A stretch of 64,000 nucleotides of DNA from Eukaryota sp. TZLM1-RC (lineage: Eukaryota; Protista; Metamonada: BaSk clade), in NCBI GenBank assembly GCA_040285825.1, contig JAUPSS010000011.1, positions 310,001-374,000 on the forward strand. The letters run 5' to 3'. Shown one piece after another: positions 26,301-40,300 of this stretch; positions within the stretch are counted from its first letter, which is position 1, and every line of letters starts with the position of its first letter. Made by a program: the position numbers and the translations under genes. Under the pieces are notes generated by a model. It saw only the letters and a program-made list of their open reading frames with translations. It searched no databases and was not told the origin of the DNA.

Positions 26301-26870
26301 TCTGGTCACCCCAGCAAAAACGATAGTTTACACAAACTGTCCAAAAGGGATTTCTACTGGCCCAATATGAGAAAGGACCTTATTAATCATGTCAAAAGAT
26401 GCCCAACTTGTCAAAAACGGCTCCAGTTAAAAGATCAAAAACACCTTCCACAGGATCTTTATGGGCAGATCGTCCTTTTGCCAGATTAAATGTCGATACA
26501 ATTGGACCCCTAAATTCTGACAACGAAGGAAATAAATATCTATTAGTATTTGTAGACTCTTTTACTGGATATACAATTTTAGTCCCTCTAAAAGAACTCA
26601 ATGCCTTAGAAACCGCAGATGCCTTGATTTGGAATGTTTGCGCTATCTTTGGCATACCTATGTTAATTCATAGTGATAATGGACCTGAGTTCGCCAATGA
26701 GACTTTCAAAATAGTGTGTAACAGATTAGCGATTGAGATGAGTAACTCAATTCCCCACTATTCAGAAAGTAATGGACTTGTAGAACGTAAACATAGAGAC
26801 GTTCTTCAATGCTTAAGGAAACTATTAATAGATTTCAATGATTACGGAAATTGGTCTACATACGTACCTA

Positions 26871-26950
26871 TGTTGGCGCCCTAAGGCTTATATAATATGA
26901 ATAGAAAATAAATCAGACTTTTTCTTTACTACAATAGACTTTAGGCAACA
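26871..26950 (+). repeat. 5' LTR of element 2 (80 bp)
   Basis: Identical to 33984-34063; differs from 42044-42122 by one T. Confidence 0.95.
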
Positions 26951-27207
26951 ATAATTATTGGCCATTTTAAAGTCAAAAGGTATACCATAACTTCAGCATT
27001 AGTGAACATCTTCAGACACTTTACAGCATGTCAGACATCTCCCAACCAGATATCTCTGACTCTAATCCACCACTTAATATGCAGCAGGTACCAGCGTCAC
27101 ATACACATGATATAGAGGGCAACGAGGCAACGGACCCGGATCCCACCTCCCCCTCCCTTAATGTAGAAGAAGATGAAAGAGTGGACGAGGTCCCTCCATC
27201 TTCAACA

Positions 27208-27405
27208 ACAGAAGAGGTAACGAGAACGGACCCGGCTCCCTCTCCCCTCAGGAAAAAAGAAACAGAAGAGGTAACGAGAACGGACCCGGCTCCCTCTCCC
27301 CTCAGGAAAAAAGAAACAGATGAGGTTACGAGAACGGACCCGGCTCCCTCTCCCCTCAAAGCAATGGAAGAGGCAACGAGAACGGACCTGGCTCCTCTCC
27401 CTCCC
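27208..27405 (+). repeat. 54-bp coding tandem repeat (TEEVTRTDPAPSPLRKKE), about 3.5 units
   Basis: Direct repeats within the N-terminal extension of the element 2 polyprotein. Confidence 0.85.
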
Positions 27406-30400
27406 AATTCTAGAACCTGTCTCAAAGGGAACGGATGGAGATCCCACCTTAGACACGTCTTCCCCATTAGGAGAATATGAAGAAATTCAATCTCAACTAG
27501 ATGAAATGGAGGGAGAAGACGACTCTTCTGAGGGGTTCTACAAGTTATTAAGAGAGGACGCGGAGGCTTACCTCGAACCAACAGATTTCTGTCTGTTCGA
27601 GCAACTTCCCCCTTTATGGAGTTACGTTCAAAAAAAGAGGCAGAAACGTTGGTTTTCAGACCCTCGGAATGATTGGGGATACCCAAAAGGTATTGGAAAT
27701 TCCCCTCAATGAAAGGAATGAACTCATAAAGGCACTCGATAAATTGAGTAGAGAGACATTCGGGCGTAACGCAGAACGCCGCCCCAGAATCTCTGGAATG
27801 GACAAGAGAATCAATGAATTGATGTCTCTTCCCATCAAAGATAGATTGGATTGGAAGGCCTCCTTCCTAGATCAATACGGCAGGAGAATAAGGTTTCTCT
27901 CCATCGAACAGAGAAGTAGGACCGACTCGGAAGACACCCTACAATCCAAATTGCCTGCCTGGTTTGATCCTAACTTTGATACGGAAATCCATAATTACAC
28001 GGAGCTGACAGAGGGTGCTCCCACATATTTTAGGGAATTTATGGAGCAGGAGGATAGTAGTGAACAAGACAAGCTTGAACCAGTAACCCCTGGTTTGATG
28101 CAGACGCTCTAAATAACATTCATACGGAACGATCAGCTGTATCCACGTATAGGAGCCGTCCTAACAACTACACCCAACAACATGGTAACTCGTTCACAAA
28201 ACAACGAGAGTTTAGACAATGGGTAACGGGAGATCCATCCACATCTCTCCACCTTCCCAAACTGCCTGTTGTAGCCCCTATAATTTCTGAAAAAGCCAAC
28301 CAATACAGGTCTGCTCTATCGACAGCATACCCGATCATGTTCCAACAGTGAACGTCCCGGAACCTGTAACAAGACAAGACGTTGCACCTCAGGAAGAACC
28401 AACTTCCTCTCAACCCATGGAAAGTGAAATTGGAGAAGACATTGAGTTGAACGGGCCAGTCGTTGGAGAAACGGCTCCTCCTCAACCCTCAGTAAGAGAC
28501 TCTTCTTCCGATAGACCTATGCGTATTGAGGACCTACAATCCTCAAGAAGAGCTATTGACATGAGCATAGCTAGTAGCCTTCATAGACAGATTGATCCAC
28601 GGTCTAAGGATATCGACTATAAAAGACCTCGATTATCCGCTGATGACCCTATTAACAAAATGTCTATCATAGCTTTTCTTTTAAAATTTCAAACTTGGGA
28701 TAAATACGGGCGAAAGATAGTTAATAGAAGCTTCGAAGCCCCAGGTCAATCAGATTGGACCAGAGCCTTTATGATAGCTACCCAGCTATTTGGAGAAGGC
28801 CAAGCAGAAATAACCCAAGATAGGATTAAAGATCTCCCCAAACATATACGCGACGAGATCACCAGGGATACAACACAGCCTTTGGTAAGGATTGATCCAG
28901 CTATAACAGATAAGCTCGGACCCCCAATCCACCATTATGATTTATTTAGGAGCATGATGATGAGCACTTGCCCCACAGGAATATCCAGCATGATCGACCC
29001 TAGCCTTCTATCTAGATGGCAGAGTCAAGGTTTACTCGGTGTTGATTATACCGACGCCGACGTCATGGTATTTCTGTTAAAAAGAACGCAATTCACATCA
29101 TATCATGAGGCTTGTACAGCTCTAATGAAGCCTAGAATAAATTGGAGGAAAATCCACAATAGGCATGAGGCTGACAACGAGTTTGGTCGTTATGTAGAAG
29201 ATTTTGGAGACGTCTTGAGAATGACCACCTACATGACCGACCTAACCATCCCCGATTTAATTAGAGGAAGCAGTGGGTTGATAACCATATCTCCCGCTCT
29301 AATAGCCGAGTACTTCCTTATGGGTCTGGATAACTTTGCTATATCAAGCGAACTCCTCCCAGTATGGACTAGGGAATCCTTGTGGGACTCACCGAACAGA
29401 ACAACTCTACTCGATTTGATATCGACAACGAGAAGACATTTCCTCGCTTGGTGTTACACAGCAGGAAACAAGCCCACAATGGATGTACTAAGGAACAGGG
29501 CTAACGAAGAAGATATTCCTTTGGGACTCACGGCAATGAGAACTTACTCAAGAGGAGTAACACCATCAGCCCAGGCTCCAACAAAACGAGCAAGACGATC
29601 AGGTGGAAAGTCAAGAGGAACCCCTCAACACAAATACATCCCTGAAAAGCATGAACGAGAAGGGTCAAAATTCTGTACATTCTGCAGCAACGTCGAAGGT
29701 AACAATCCTGTTGGCCACACTGTATTCGAATGCAAAGATCCTCGTTGTGCTAGAAGCAGAGTTCCCAAAGAAGAAAAGATTCAGATTAGGAGAACAGGAG
29801 GCGCCTGCTAGTAGAGGCAGTGTAGAAAGGGGCCGAGGTGGCCGTGGTAGACGTGTACATAGATTCAAATTTAGAGGCCGTGGAGGCCGTTATAGAGGTC
29901 ATAAAGGAAGAGGTCAGTACAGACCTATACATAACATAAACACAACAGAGGACATATCATCAAACGCATCCCCTACTGAGTCAAAACCGACCCGTTCGAG
30001 TACGGTTCCTCACAGACGGATCAACAACAGCAACCGGAACAGCAGGACAGGCAACTTTCCTAATCGGGTACATATCAACGCAATCAATCACAACCAATCA
30101 ACAACCGATTTAGGAAACCCAGTCAACAACTTTCCAACAGCTCAACAAAATCTTTTAATTCCTCTACAAATTCACCAAACCAGCTCTGATATCAATAGCA
30201 TTTTTGATATTAATTCTACGGTTAGTGAAAACCACGTCAGGTCCCAGCGTTCTCCATTTCTAAGACTGGAGATATCAATAAATGATATTAAAATGATTGC
30301 GACTATAGATTCGGCTGCGTTTTGTTCAGTTATTACTGCAGATTTAGCTGAACAATGCCATATGTCAATCAATAGCAAGGATACTATTAAGTTCTTACCA

Positions 30401-33400
30401 GCTAATAACGTATCCACAAAATCGCTAGGGAGTGCAACTGGTATTCTGTCGTTCAACGTAGGAAGCATTGCGCAACAAGTTCACTATAAACATACTCTTC
30501 CCATAATCCCGGGTTCGAACAAATTATTAATAGGGACAGACATGTTAAAAGCACTTGGGCTTCAGACGGATGATGGTCTTTTCATTAGATTAGACAAAGA
30601 ACACCGCACTTTGCTAAATGCAGAATCAGAATTCGACTCTAGGATCGCTCAACATTCGATTGGGAACTTAGATAACCAATCACCAAGTCCTTCTGATTTT
30701 GAGGAGCAATTAGCAAGATCTGGATGTGAGATAAATTTAGATGATGGTAATAATAAATTAAAATTAACGAGTCTACTAAAATTATTCAGCGATGTTTTTA
30801 GTGAAACTCCTAATAGAAAAGGAATCGATTGTAATCCTCTAACAATCCCCTTTAGAGATGAGAATGCTATAGTACATAAACCTGCTAGACGGTTAAATCC
30901 CAGCAAAATGGAAATAGCAAACAAAATATTTGATGAACTGATCGAAATGGGCTATGCAGTTGAATCTAATTATAAATTCAGCTCTCCTATTGTCTTAGTA
31001 ATATACCCTGACGGCAAAAAACCCAGGTTAACTGGAGACTTTAGTGGTAAAGATGGAGTTAATGCCCATACGATTTCAGTAGAGCCTAATCTACCTAGGA
31101 TTAGTGATATATTAGAATTTTTAAGTAGAGCAGATTACATAGCCACGCTTGATTTACCAAAAGCTTTCTGGCAGATGAATGTAGCTGAAAAGGACATTGA
31201 GAAAACATCAATCTCAATCCCTGGAAGGTCAATTATGTTTAAAAGAGCTTGCTTCGGATTAAAGAATATCCCAGCAGTTTTTCAAAACGTAATGATGGAA
31301 ATATTCCAAATTGATGGCGTTTTCATATACATTGACGATATCATAATAGTTGGAACGACATTCGAAGAATTTTATAAGAGATTACAAAGAGTCCTCCAAT
31401 GCGCCAGAAATAGACGTGTAAATATAGGCTTACGTAAATGTAAATTCGTAACATCAAAACACCCTATCGACATTTTAGGAAGTACCTTCCAGGATAAAAC
31501 TAGATTTATAAGTAAGAAAAAAATCGAAGCCTTGATGAGAATCCCTAGACCAAAAACAGTGAAAGAAGTTCGCTCATTGGTAGGATCCATCAATTATATT
31601 AGAGATTGGCTTCCAGGTATTTCTGAATTAATTGCTCCAATTAACGAGCTAATTAAAGGAAAACCCAGAATAATTAAATGGACTTGCAAGCATGACGATT
31701 ACTTAAAACAAATAAAAAGACCTAATAGTAAACCACATGCCCCTTGAATTACCAGCTCCGGGCAAGCGAGTATTGATAAGTACTGACGCTTCAGATGTAG
31801 CAGTAGGAGGTGTTATTTGGCAAGAAATTGAACCCTACTCCCCTGCAGGAACCCCGCTAAATAAAAGGAAAGTGAAACCTTTGTCATTCTATAGTAGATT
31901 ACTTACAGAAACACAAAGAAAATGGTCCACCTTACAAAAAGAATTATACGCAATACTTCTGATTTTTAACTGAAAGTTGTTTAGAAAGCTACTTGTTAAC
32001 TAGACATTTAACAATTTTCACAGATCATAAAAACATTGCATTCCTGGCTACAGCCCCAGAGAAAAATAGAATTGTAAAGAGATGGCTGCCGATACTATCT
32101 GAATTCGACTTTGACATAGTCCACGAACCTGGTGAAGACAACCATTGGGCAGATATGTTATCGAGGAATATTGATTTGGATCAAAACGAGGAAACTCCTT
32201 CTATTTGTAGTATAAATATACCAGACACTTTACTTTCAAATTACGAGATACCTCCTCTAGACGATGATTCTGATTCGGATCTTGAAGACATCCCTTCAAT
32301 CTCATCTCTAAGTAGACACCAAGACCTACCTATTTTTTCTTCTTGGCTGTCTAAGATAAGATCTGAACAACAAATAGCCAAAAACAACAACGACTCTTTA
32401 TTTGATAACGCAATTCTAGATGTAAACACTCAAATTTGGAAAAATAATAAAAACAAAATTTTGATTCCAAAGAGCCTCAGAAAACAGGCACTATTATTAA
32501 TACATGGTTTGGTTCAATCTGGTCACCCCAGCAAAAACGATAGTTTACACAAACTGTCCAAAAGTGATTTCTACTGGCCCAATATGAGAAAGGACCTTAT
32601 TAATCATGTCAAAAGATGCCCAACTTGTCAAAAAAACGGCTCCAGTTAAAAGATCAAAAACACCTTCCACAGGATCTTTATGGGCAGATCGTCCTTTTGC
32701 CAGATTAAATGTCGATACAATTGGACCCCTAAATTCTGACAACGAAGGAAATAAATATCTATTAGTATTTGTAGACTCTTTTACTGGATATACAATTTTA
32801 GTCCCTCTAAAAGAACTCAATGCCTTAGAAACCGCAGATGCCTTGATTTGGAATGTTTGCGCTATCTTTTGGCATACCTATGTTAATTCATAGTGATAAT
32901 GGACCTGAGTTCGCCAATGAGACTTTCAAAATAGTGTGTAACAGATTAGCGATTGAGATGAGTAACTCAATTCCCCACTATTCAGAAAGTAATGGACTTG
33001 TAGAACGTAAACATAGAGACGTTCTTCAATGCTTAAGGAAACTATTAATAGATTTCAATGATTACGGAAATTGGTCTACATACGTACCTATATCCCAACT
33101 ATTAATAAATTCTACTAAAAGCAGAAAAACTGGTTTTACCCCATACGAACTCATGTTCGGTTCTTCGATTAGTCCAAGAACAGACCCTGCTAATATATTA
33201 GGAAATTTATCCAAATTTGAAACTAATATCCCTTTATTAGATGACATCAAAATGAAAAACACTCGTCTACAAGAAAAAAGGGAAGAAGCAGAGCGTCACC
33301 AAACATTAAATACTCCGTCTTCAGTAGATAATACTAATTCGTGTTTTATAGTATTTAATATTGGTGACTACGTCTTACGTAAAACCAAGCAAAATAATAA

Positions 33401-33983
33401 ATTGCATGGATCTTGGAATGGACCATTTTTAGTTATTGACCTTCCTTCCAAATCCACTTTATTATTGAAGAATCTTACTACTGGCACAGAATTAAAAGCT
33501 GCCAAGAAAGATTGCAAAATCTATAACGCAGAAAATCCACAGGACATTGAATTCCTCAAGGCAGTCGCTGCAGGCGATTCCGAAAAACACGTTATAGAGA
33601 AAATCCTCTCAGAATACCACTCTGATTCAGGTAGTTTCTGTACTGTTCAGTGGTTTGGCGGTGAGACAACAGAAGAGCCACTCCATTCGGTTAGACACTC
33701 AGAAGCTTATAAGTTATTTAGTAAGGATAACAAGAAAATTGGAAAACGTACCATTAGTCGACGACAAGGTACCTCCAATGAGTCTACGCCTTCTAAGAAG
33801 CCTAGACGCAGTAATAGAATTAGGAAGAGGAGCTAATTCTTAGTTTATATCGATTATTTATATTATATTATATTATTTATATTATATCGATTATATGTAT
33901 TTATTATAGTTGTTTTGTTAATTGTATATAGTTTTTATTTCATATTCATATAAGCTGATTTATTTTGAAAAGGGAAGAAGCAG

Positions 33984-34063
33984 TGTTGGCGCCCTAAGGC
34001 TTATATAATATGAATAGAAAATAAATCAGACTTTTTCTTTACTACAATAGACTTTAGGCAACA
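33984..34063 (+). repeat. 3' LTR of element 2
   Basis: Preceded by the PPT and followed by TSD CCTA. Confidence 0.95.
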
Positions 34064-34389
34064 CCTATATCCCAACTATTAATAAATTCTACTAAAAGCA
34101 GAAAAACTGGTTTTACCCCATACGAACTCATGTTCGGTTCTTCGATTAGTCCAAGAACAGACCCTGCTAATATATTAGGAAATTTATCCAAATTTGAAAC
34201 TAATATCCCTTTATTAGATGACATCAAAATGAAAAACACTCGTCTACAAGAAAAAAGGGAAGAAGCAGAGCGTCACCAAACATTAAATACTCCGTCTTCA
34301 GTAGATAATACTAATTCGTGTTTTATAGTATTTAATATTGGTGACTACATCTTACGTAAAACCAAGCAAAATAATAAATTGCATGGATC

Positions 34390-37300
34390 TGTTGCCTTAG
34401 GTTGCAAAAGTGGTTGAGATAAAGATGATTTATTTTCTATTCATATTATAAAAGCCTTAGGGCGCCAACACTGCTTCTTCCCTTTTTCAGAGCTAATAGG
34501 CTTATATAAATATGAATCTAAACTATAAACAAATAACTAAATAACTAAATAACTAAATAACTACAAATAACCTAATCTAAACTGAGAATTAGCATCACTT
34601 CCTAATTCTAGTACTGCGTCTAGGCCTCTTGCAAGGCGTAGAGTTATTGGAGGTACTCTTACGTTGACTAGAGGTACGTTTTCCAATTTTCTTGTTATTC
34701 CTGCTGAACAACTTGTAAGCTTCTGAATGTTTAACTGAATGGAGAGGCTCTTCTGTTGTCTCACCGCCAAACCATTGAACAGTACAGAAACTACCTGAGT
34801 CAGAATTATATTCTGAGAGGATTTTCTCTATAACATGTTTCTCAGCATCGCCTGCTGCGACTGCCTTTAGAAATTCGATATCCTGAGGATTATCTGCGTT
34901 ATAGATTTTACAATCTTTCTTGGCAGCTTTTAATTCGGTGCCAGTGATAAGATTCTTTAATAATAAAGTGGAGTTGGAAGGATGGTCTATTACTAAAAAG
35001 GGTCCGTTCCAAGATCCATGTAATTTATTATTCTGTTTGGTTTTACGTAGGACGTAGTCACCAATATTAAATACTATAGAGCGCGAATTAGTATTGTCTA
35101 CTGAAATCGGAGTATTTAATGATTGATGACGCTCTGCTTCTTCCCTTTTTTCTTGCAGACGAGTATTTTTCATTTTAATATCGTCTAATAAAGGTATATT
35201 GGAATCAAATTTTGATAAGTTTCCTAATATGTTTGCAGGGTCCGATCTTGGACTAATCGAAGATCCGAACATTAGTTCGTAAGGTGTAAAACCTGTCTTT
35301 CTGCTTTTAGTGGAATTTATTAATAGTTGGGATATGGGTACATAAGTAGACCAATTTCCATAATCATTAAAATCTATTAATAATTTCCTCAAGCATTGTA
35401 GAACGTCTCTATGTTTTCGCTCTACGAGTCCATTACTTTCAGAGTAGTGGGGTATTGAGTTACTCATCTCAATAGCTAATCTATTACACACTATCTTAAA
35501 AGTCTCATTGGCGAACTCAGGACCATTATCACTATGAATTAACATAGGTATGCCAAAAATTGCGCAAACGTTCCAAATCAAAGCGTCTGCGGTCTCTAAG
35601 GCATTGAGTTCCTTCAGAGGGACTAAAATTGAATATCCAGTAAAAGAATCTACAAATACTAATAAGTATTTATTACCATCACTATCAGTATTCAGAGGTC
35701 CAATTGTGTCAACATTTAGTCTGGCAAAAGGACGATCTGCCCAAAGGGAACCTGTGGAGGGTGTTTTTGTTCTTTTAACTGGTGCCGTTTTTTGACAAGT
35801 TGGGCATCTTTTGATGTGGTTTATGAGGTCCTTTCTCATATTAGGCCAGAAAAAGTCGCTTTTGGACAGTTTATGTAGACTGTCGTTTTTGCTGGGGTGG
35901 CCTGATTGAACCAATCCATGAATTAATAATAGTGCCTGTTTTCTGAGGCTTTTTGGAATTAAAATTTTATTTTTATTGTTTTTCCAAATTTGAGTATTTT
36001 CATCTAGAATTGCATTCTCAAATAGAGGGTCATTATTATTTTTGGCTATTTGTTGTTCAGATCTTATTTTAGAGAACCAGGAGGAAAAAATAGGTAAGTC
36101 CTGGTGTCTACTTAGGGATGAAATTGATGGGATGTCTTCGAAGTCCGAATCAGAATCATCGTCTATAGGAGGTATCTCGTAATTCGAAAGTAAAGTATCT
36201 GGTATATTTATACTACATATAGAAGGAGTTTCCTCATCTTGATCTAAATCAATATTCCTCGATAGCATATCTGCCCAGTGGTTATCTTCACCTGGTTCAT
36301 GGACTATATCAAAGTCGAATTCAGATAGTATCGGCAGCCATCTCTTTACAATTCTATTTTTCTCTGGGGCTGTGGCCAGGAATGCAATATTTTTGTGATC
36401 GGTGAAAATTGTTAGATGTCTAGTCAAAAGGTAGCTTTCTAAACAACTTTCAGTTAAAATCAGAAGAATTGCATATAATTCTTTTTGTAAAGTGGACCAT
36501 TTTCTTTGTGTTTCTGTAAGTAATCTACTATAGAACGACAAAGGTTTCACTTTTCTTTTATTCAGCGGGGTTCCTGCAGGGGAGTATGGTTCAATTTCTT
36601 GCCAAATAACGCCTCCAACTGCTACATCTGATGCGTCGGTACTTATTAGTACGCGCTTGCCCGGAGCTGGTAATTCAAGGGGCATGTGATTAATTATTAA
36701 ATCTTTTATTTGTTTAAGATAATCGTCATGCTCGTTGGTCCATTTTATTACTCTAGGTTTTCCTTTAATTAACTCATTAATTGGAGCTATTAATTCGGAA
36801 ATACCTGGAAGCCAATCTCTTATATAATTGATGGATCCTACCAATGAGCGAACTTCTTTCACTGATTTTGGTCTAGGGATTCTCATCAAGGCTTCGATTT
36901 TTTTCTTACTAATAAATCTGGTTTTATTCTGGAAGGTGCTTCCTAAAATATCAATAGGGTATTTGGATGTTACGAATTTACATTTACGTAAACCTATATT
37001 TACACGTCTATTTCTGGCACATTGGAGGACTCTTTGTAATCTCTTATAGAATTCATCGAAAGTCGTTCCAACTATTATAATATCATCAATATATATGAAA
37101 ACGCCATCAATTTGGAATATTTCCATCATTACGTTTTGAAATACTGCTGGGATGTTCTTTAATCCGAAGCAAGCTCTTTTAAACATAATTGACCTTCCAG
37201 GGATTGAGATTGATGTTTTCTCAATGTCCTTCTCTGCTACATTCATTTGCCAGAAAGCTTTTGGTAAATCAAGCGTGGCTATGTAATCTGCTCTACTTAA

Positions 37301-40300
37301 AAATTCTAAAATATCACTAATCCTAGGTAGATTAGGCTCTACTGAAATCGTGTGGGCATTGACTCCAACTTTACCGCTAAAGTCTCCCGTTAACCTGGGT
37401 TTCTTGCCGTCAAGATATATAACTAAGACAATAGGAGAGCTGAATTTATAATTAGATTCAACTGCATAGCCCATTTCAATCAGTTCATCAAATATTTTGT
37501 TTGCTATTTCCATTTTGCTGGGATTTAATCGTCTAGCAGGTTTATGTACTATAACATTCTCGTCTCTAAAGGGGATTGTTAGAGGTTTACAATCGATTCC
37601 TTTTCTGTTTGGAGTTTCACTAAAAACATCGCTGAAAATTCTTAGTAGACTCGTTAATTTTAATTTATTATTATCATCATCTAATTTTATCTCACAACCA
37701 GATCTAGTTAACTGCTCCTCAAAATCGGAAGGACTCGATGATTGGTTATCTAAGGTCCCAATCGAATGTTGAGCGATTCTTGAGTCGAATTCAGATTCTG
37801 CATTTAACAAAGTGCGGTGTTCTTTGTCTAATCTAATGAAAAGACCATCATCCGTCTGAAGCCCAAGTGTTTTTAACATGTCTATCCCTATTAATAATTT
37901 GTTCGAACCCGGGATTATGGGAAGAGTATGTCTATAATGTACCTGGTGCGCAATGCTTCCTACGTTGAACGACAGAATACCATTTGCACTCCCTAGCGAT
38001 TTACTTGATACGTTATTGGCTGGCAAGAACTCAATTGTATCATCTCTATTAATTGACATGTTGCATTTGTTAGCCATATCTTCTGTTATAACCGAACAAA
38101 ACGCTGCCGAATCAATAGTTGCAATCATCTTTATATTATTTATTAAAATCTCCAATCTTAGAAATGGAGAACGCTGGGATCTGATGTGGTTCTCACTAAC
38201 CGTAGAATTTATACCAAAAATACTGTTGATATCAGAGCTGGGTTTGTGGAATTGTAGAGGATTTAGTAAGAATTGTTGAGCTGTTGGGGAGTTGTTGACT
38301 GGGTTTCCGAAATCGGCAATTGATTGATTATGATTGATTGCGTTGATTTGTTTCCGATTGGGAAAGTTTTCAGTGTTTCTGACCCTGTTGCTGAAACGGT
38401 CAATCCGTCTGTGAGAGGTCATGCTCGAACTAGCTGACACGTTCTCAGAAGGGGATGATGTTGATGATGTATCCTCTTTTGTGTTTATGTAATAAATAGG
38501 TCTATATTGACCTCTGCCTTTATGTCCTCTAAAATGGCCACCTCGGCCCCTACCTCTAAACCTAGAAATACGTCTACCACGGCCACCTCGGCCTCTAACT
38601 ACGCTGCCACTTCTCGCAGGCTGATCAGCCTCGCCGATCTTGAACCTCAATTCTTTTGGTACCTTGCTCCTGGTACAACGGGGGTCTTTGCATTCGAAAA
38701 CCGTGTGACCGATAGGATTATTTCCTTCGGTGACGTTACAGAATGTACAGAACTTAGATCCCTCTCGTTCATGTCTTTCTGGGACATATTTGTTTTGGGG
38801 AGTTCCTTTGGATCCGCCTCCCGAGCGACGTTTAGTACCTGGACCAGATGGGGTTGCTCCTCTAGAGAACGTTCTCATAGTCGAAAGGCCTAATGGGATG
38901 TCTTCTTCTCTTTCAGCTTGTTTTCTCAAAAGTTCCATAGTGTGCCTATTTCCTGTTGTTTGGCACCAAGCTAAAAAGTGTCTCCTGGTGGTCGAAATCA
39001 GGTCTAACAAAGTTGTACCTGTTGAAGGGTCCCATAGATCTTCTCTTGTCCAATGGCTTGCTAGCTCCTTGGTAATGGCAAAATTATCTATACCCAAGAG
39101 AAAATATTCTGCAATAAGGGCGGGTGAGAGGGTTATTAAACCGCTGCTTCCCCTAATTGATGCAGATATGGAGTGATCAACCATATAAGTGGTCATATTC
39201 AGGACGTCTCCAAAATCTTCGACGAACCTACCAAATTCGTTGTCCGCATCTACTTTGTTGTGGATGTTTCTCCAATTTATACATGGTTTTGCTAGGGCAG
39301 AGCAAGCCTCGTGATATGAGGTAAATTGTGTCCTGCGTAGCAGAAAAACCATTAAGTCAGCGTCTGAGAAGTCCGGTCTTAGAAGTCCTTGGCCTTGCCA
39401 TCTAGAGATGAGATGGGGGTCGACCATGCTTGATAAGCCGGATGGACAAGTACTTATCATCATACTTCTGAATAAGTCATAATGATGGATAGGAGGTCCC
39501 AAACGTTTCGTCAGTTCTGGGTCGATCCTTAAGAGTGGCTGTTTCATGTCCCTGTCTATTTCTTCTCTGATGTGAGATGGGAGTGATGATAACAACTCAG
39601 GGGTAATCTGGGTCTTTCCTTCACCAAATATTTGGGTTGCTATCAACATAGCACGAGACCAATCAGATTGACCAGGGGCTTGAAAGCTTCGATTGGCTAT
39701 CTTGCGTCCGTATTTGTCCCATGTTTGGAATTTGAGGAGGAAGGAGACGAGAGACATCTTGTTGAGAGGGTCTTTCTCAGATAGGTGAGGGGCTTTATAT
39801 TCAGCTGACCTAGGCTGAGAGTCCACATGTCTCTGAAGACTACTTGCTATACTCATATCCAAAAATGTTTCTAGAAGCTTGGAGGTCTTCCAAACGGAGA
39901 GGCTCCTCAGAAGTAACTCTTCTACGAGGGGGTTGAGGAGGAGGTGTTTCATCTAAACTAGGTCCTCTCAACTCGACTTCGTCTTCTGATGCGCTAGTGA
40001 GCATAGGTTGGGAGGGACTTGATGGTCCCTGAACCACTCTGGTAGGTCTGTTTGTTCGTTCTGTCACATCTACTGTCGGGATGTGATCAGGGAGTACGTC
40101 AATGGAACAGACTTGTACCGGTTGCTCTTTTTCAGATATAATGGGGGCAATTATAGGAAGTTTAGGTCTCTGGTGGAGCTCTGTTGATTGATCACCCGTG
40201 ACCAAGAACCTGAACTTCTTCTTCCTTGTCGTTGATTCCCCGAATTGCTGAATGAAGTTATTTGGGCGGCTCCTAAATGTGGATACGCTTGAACGTTCCG

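Larger units (their letters stand above)
26871..34063 (+). mobile_element. Ty3/gypsy LTR retrotransposon 2, full length (7193 bp), TSD CCTA
   Basis: Identical 80-bp LTRs at 26871-26950 and 33984-34063 (TGTTG...CAACA); PPT AAAAGGGAAGAAG; ATIDSAA, YIDD, TDAS, HHCC, D-D-E, GPF and chromodomain-like tail. Confidence 0.95.

Noticed and set aside
26874-26881. TGGCGCCC resembling a tRNA-Lys PBS
   Set aside because: It lies inside the LTR 5' end next to the PPT, not downstream of the 5' LTR.
27208-27405. Regularly spaced repeats resembling a CRISPR array
   Set aside because: No unique spacers; in-frame 54-bp coding repeats inside a retrotransposon of a eukaryote.
39840-39952. Programmed gag-pol frameshift, or split two-gene Fanzors
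   Set aside because: Breaks fall in homopolymers and differ between near-identical copies, which fits sequencing error or decay better.
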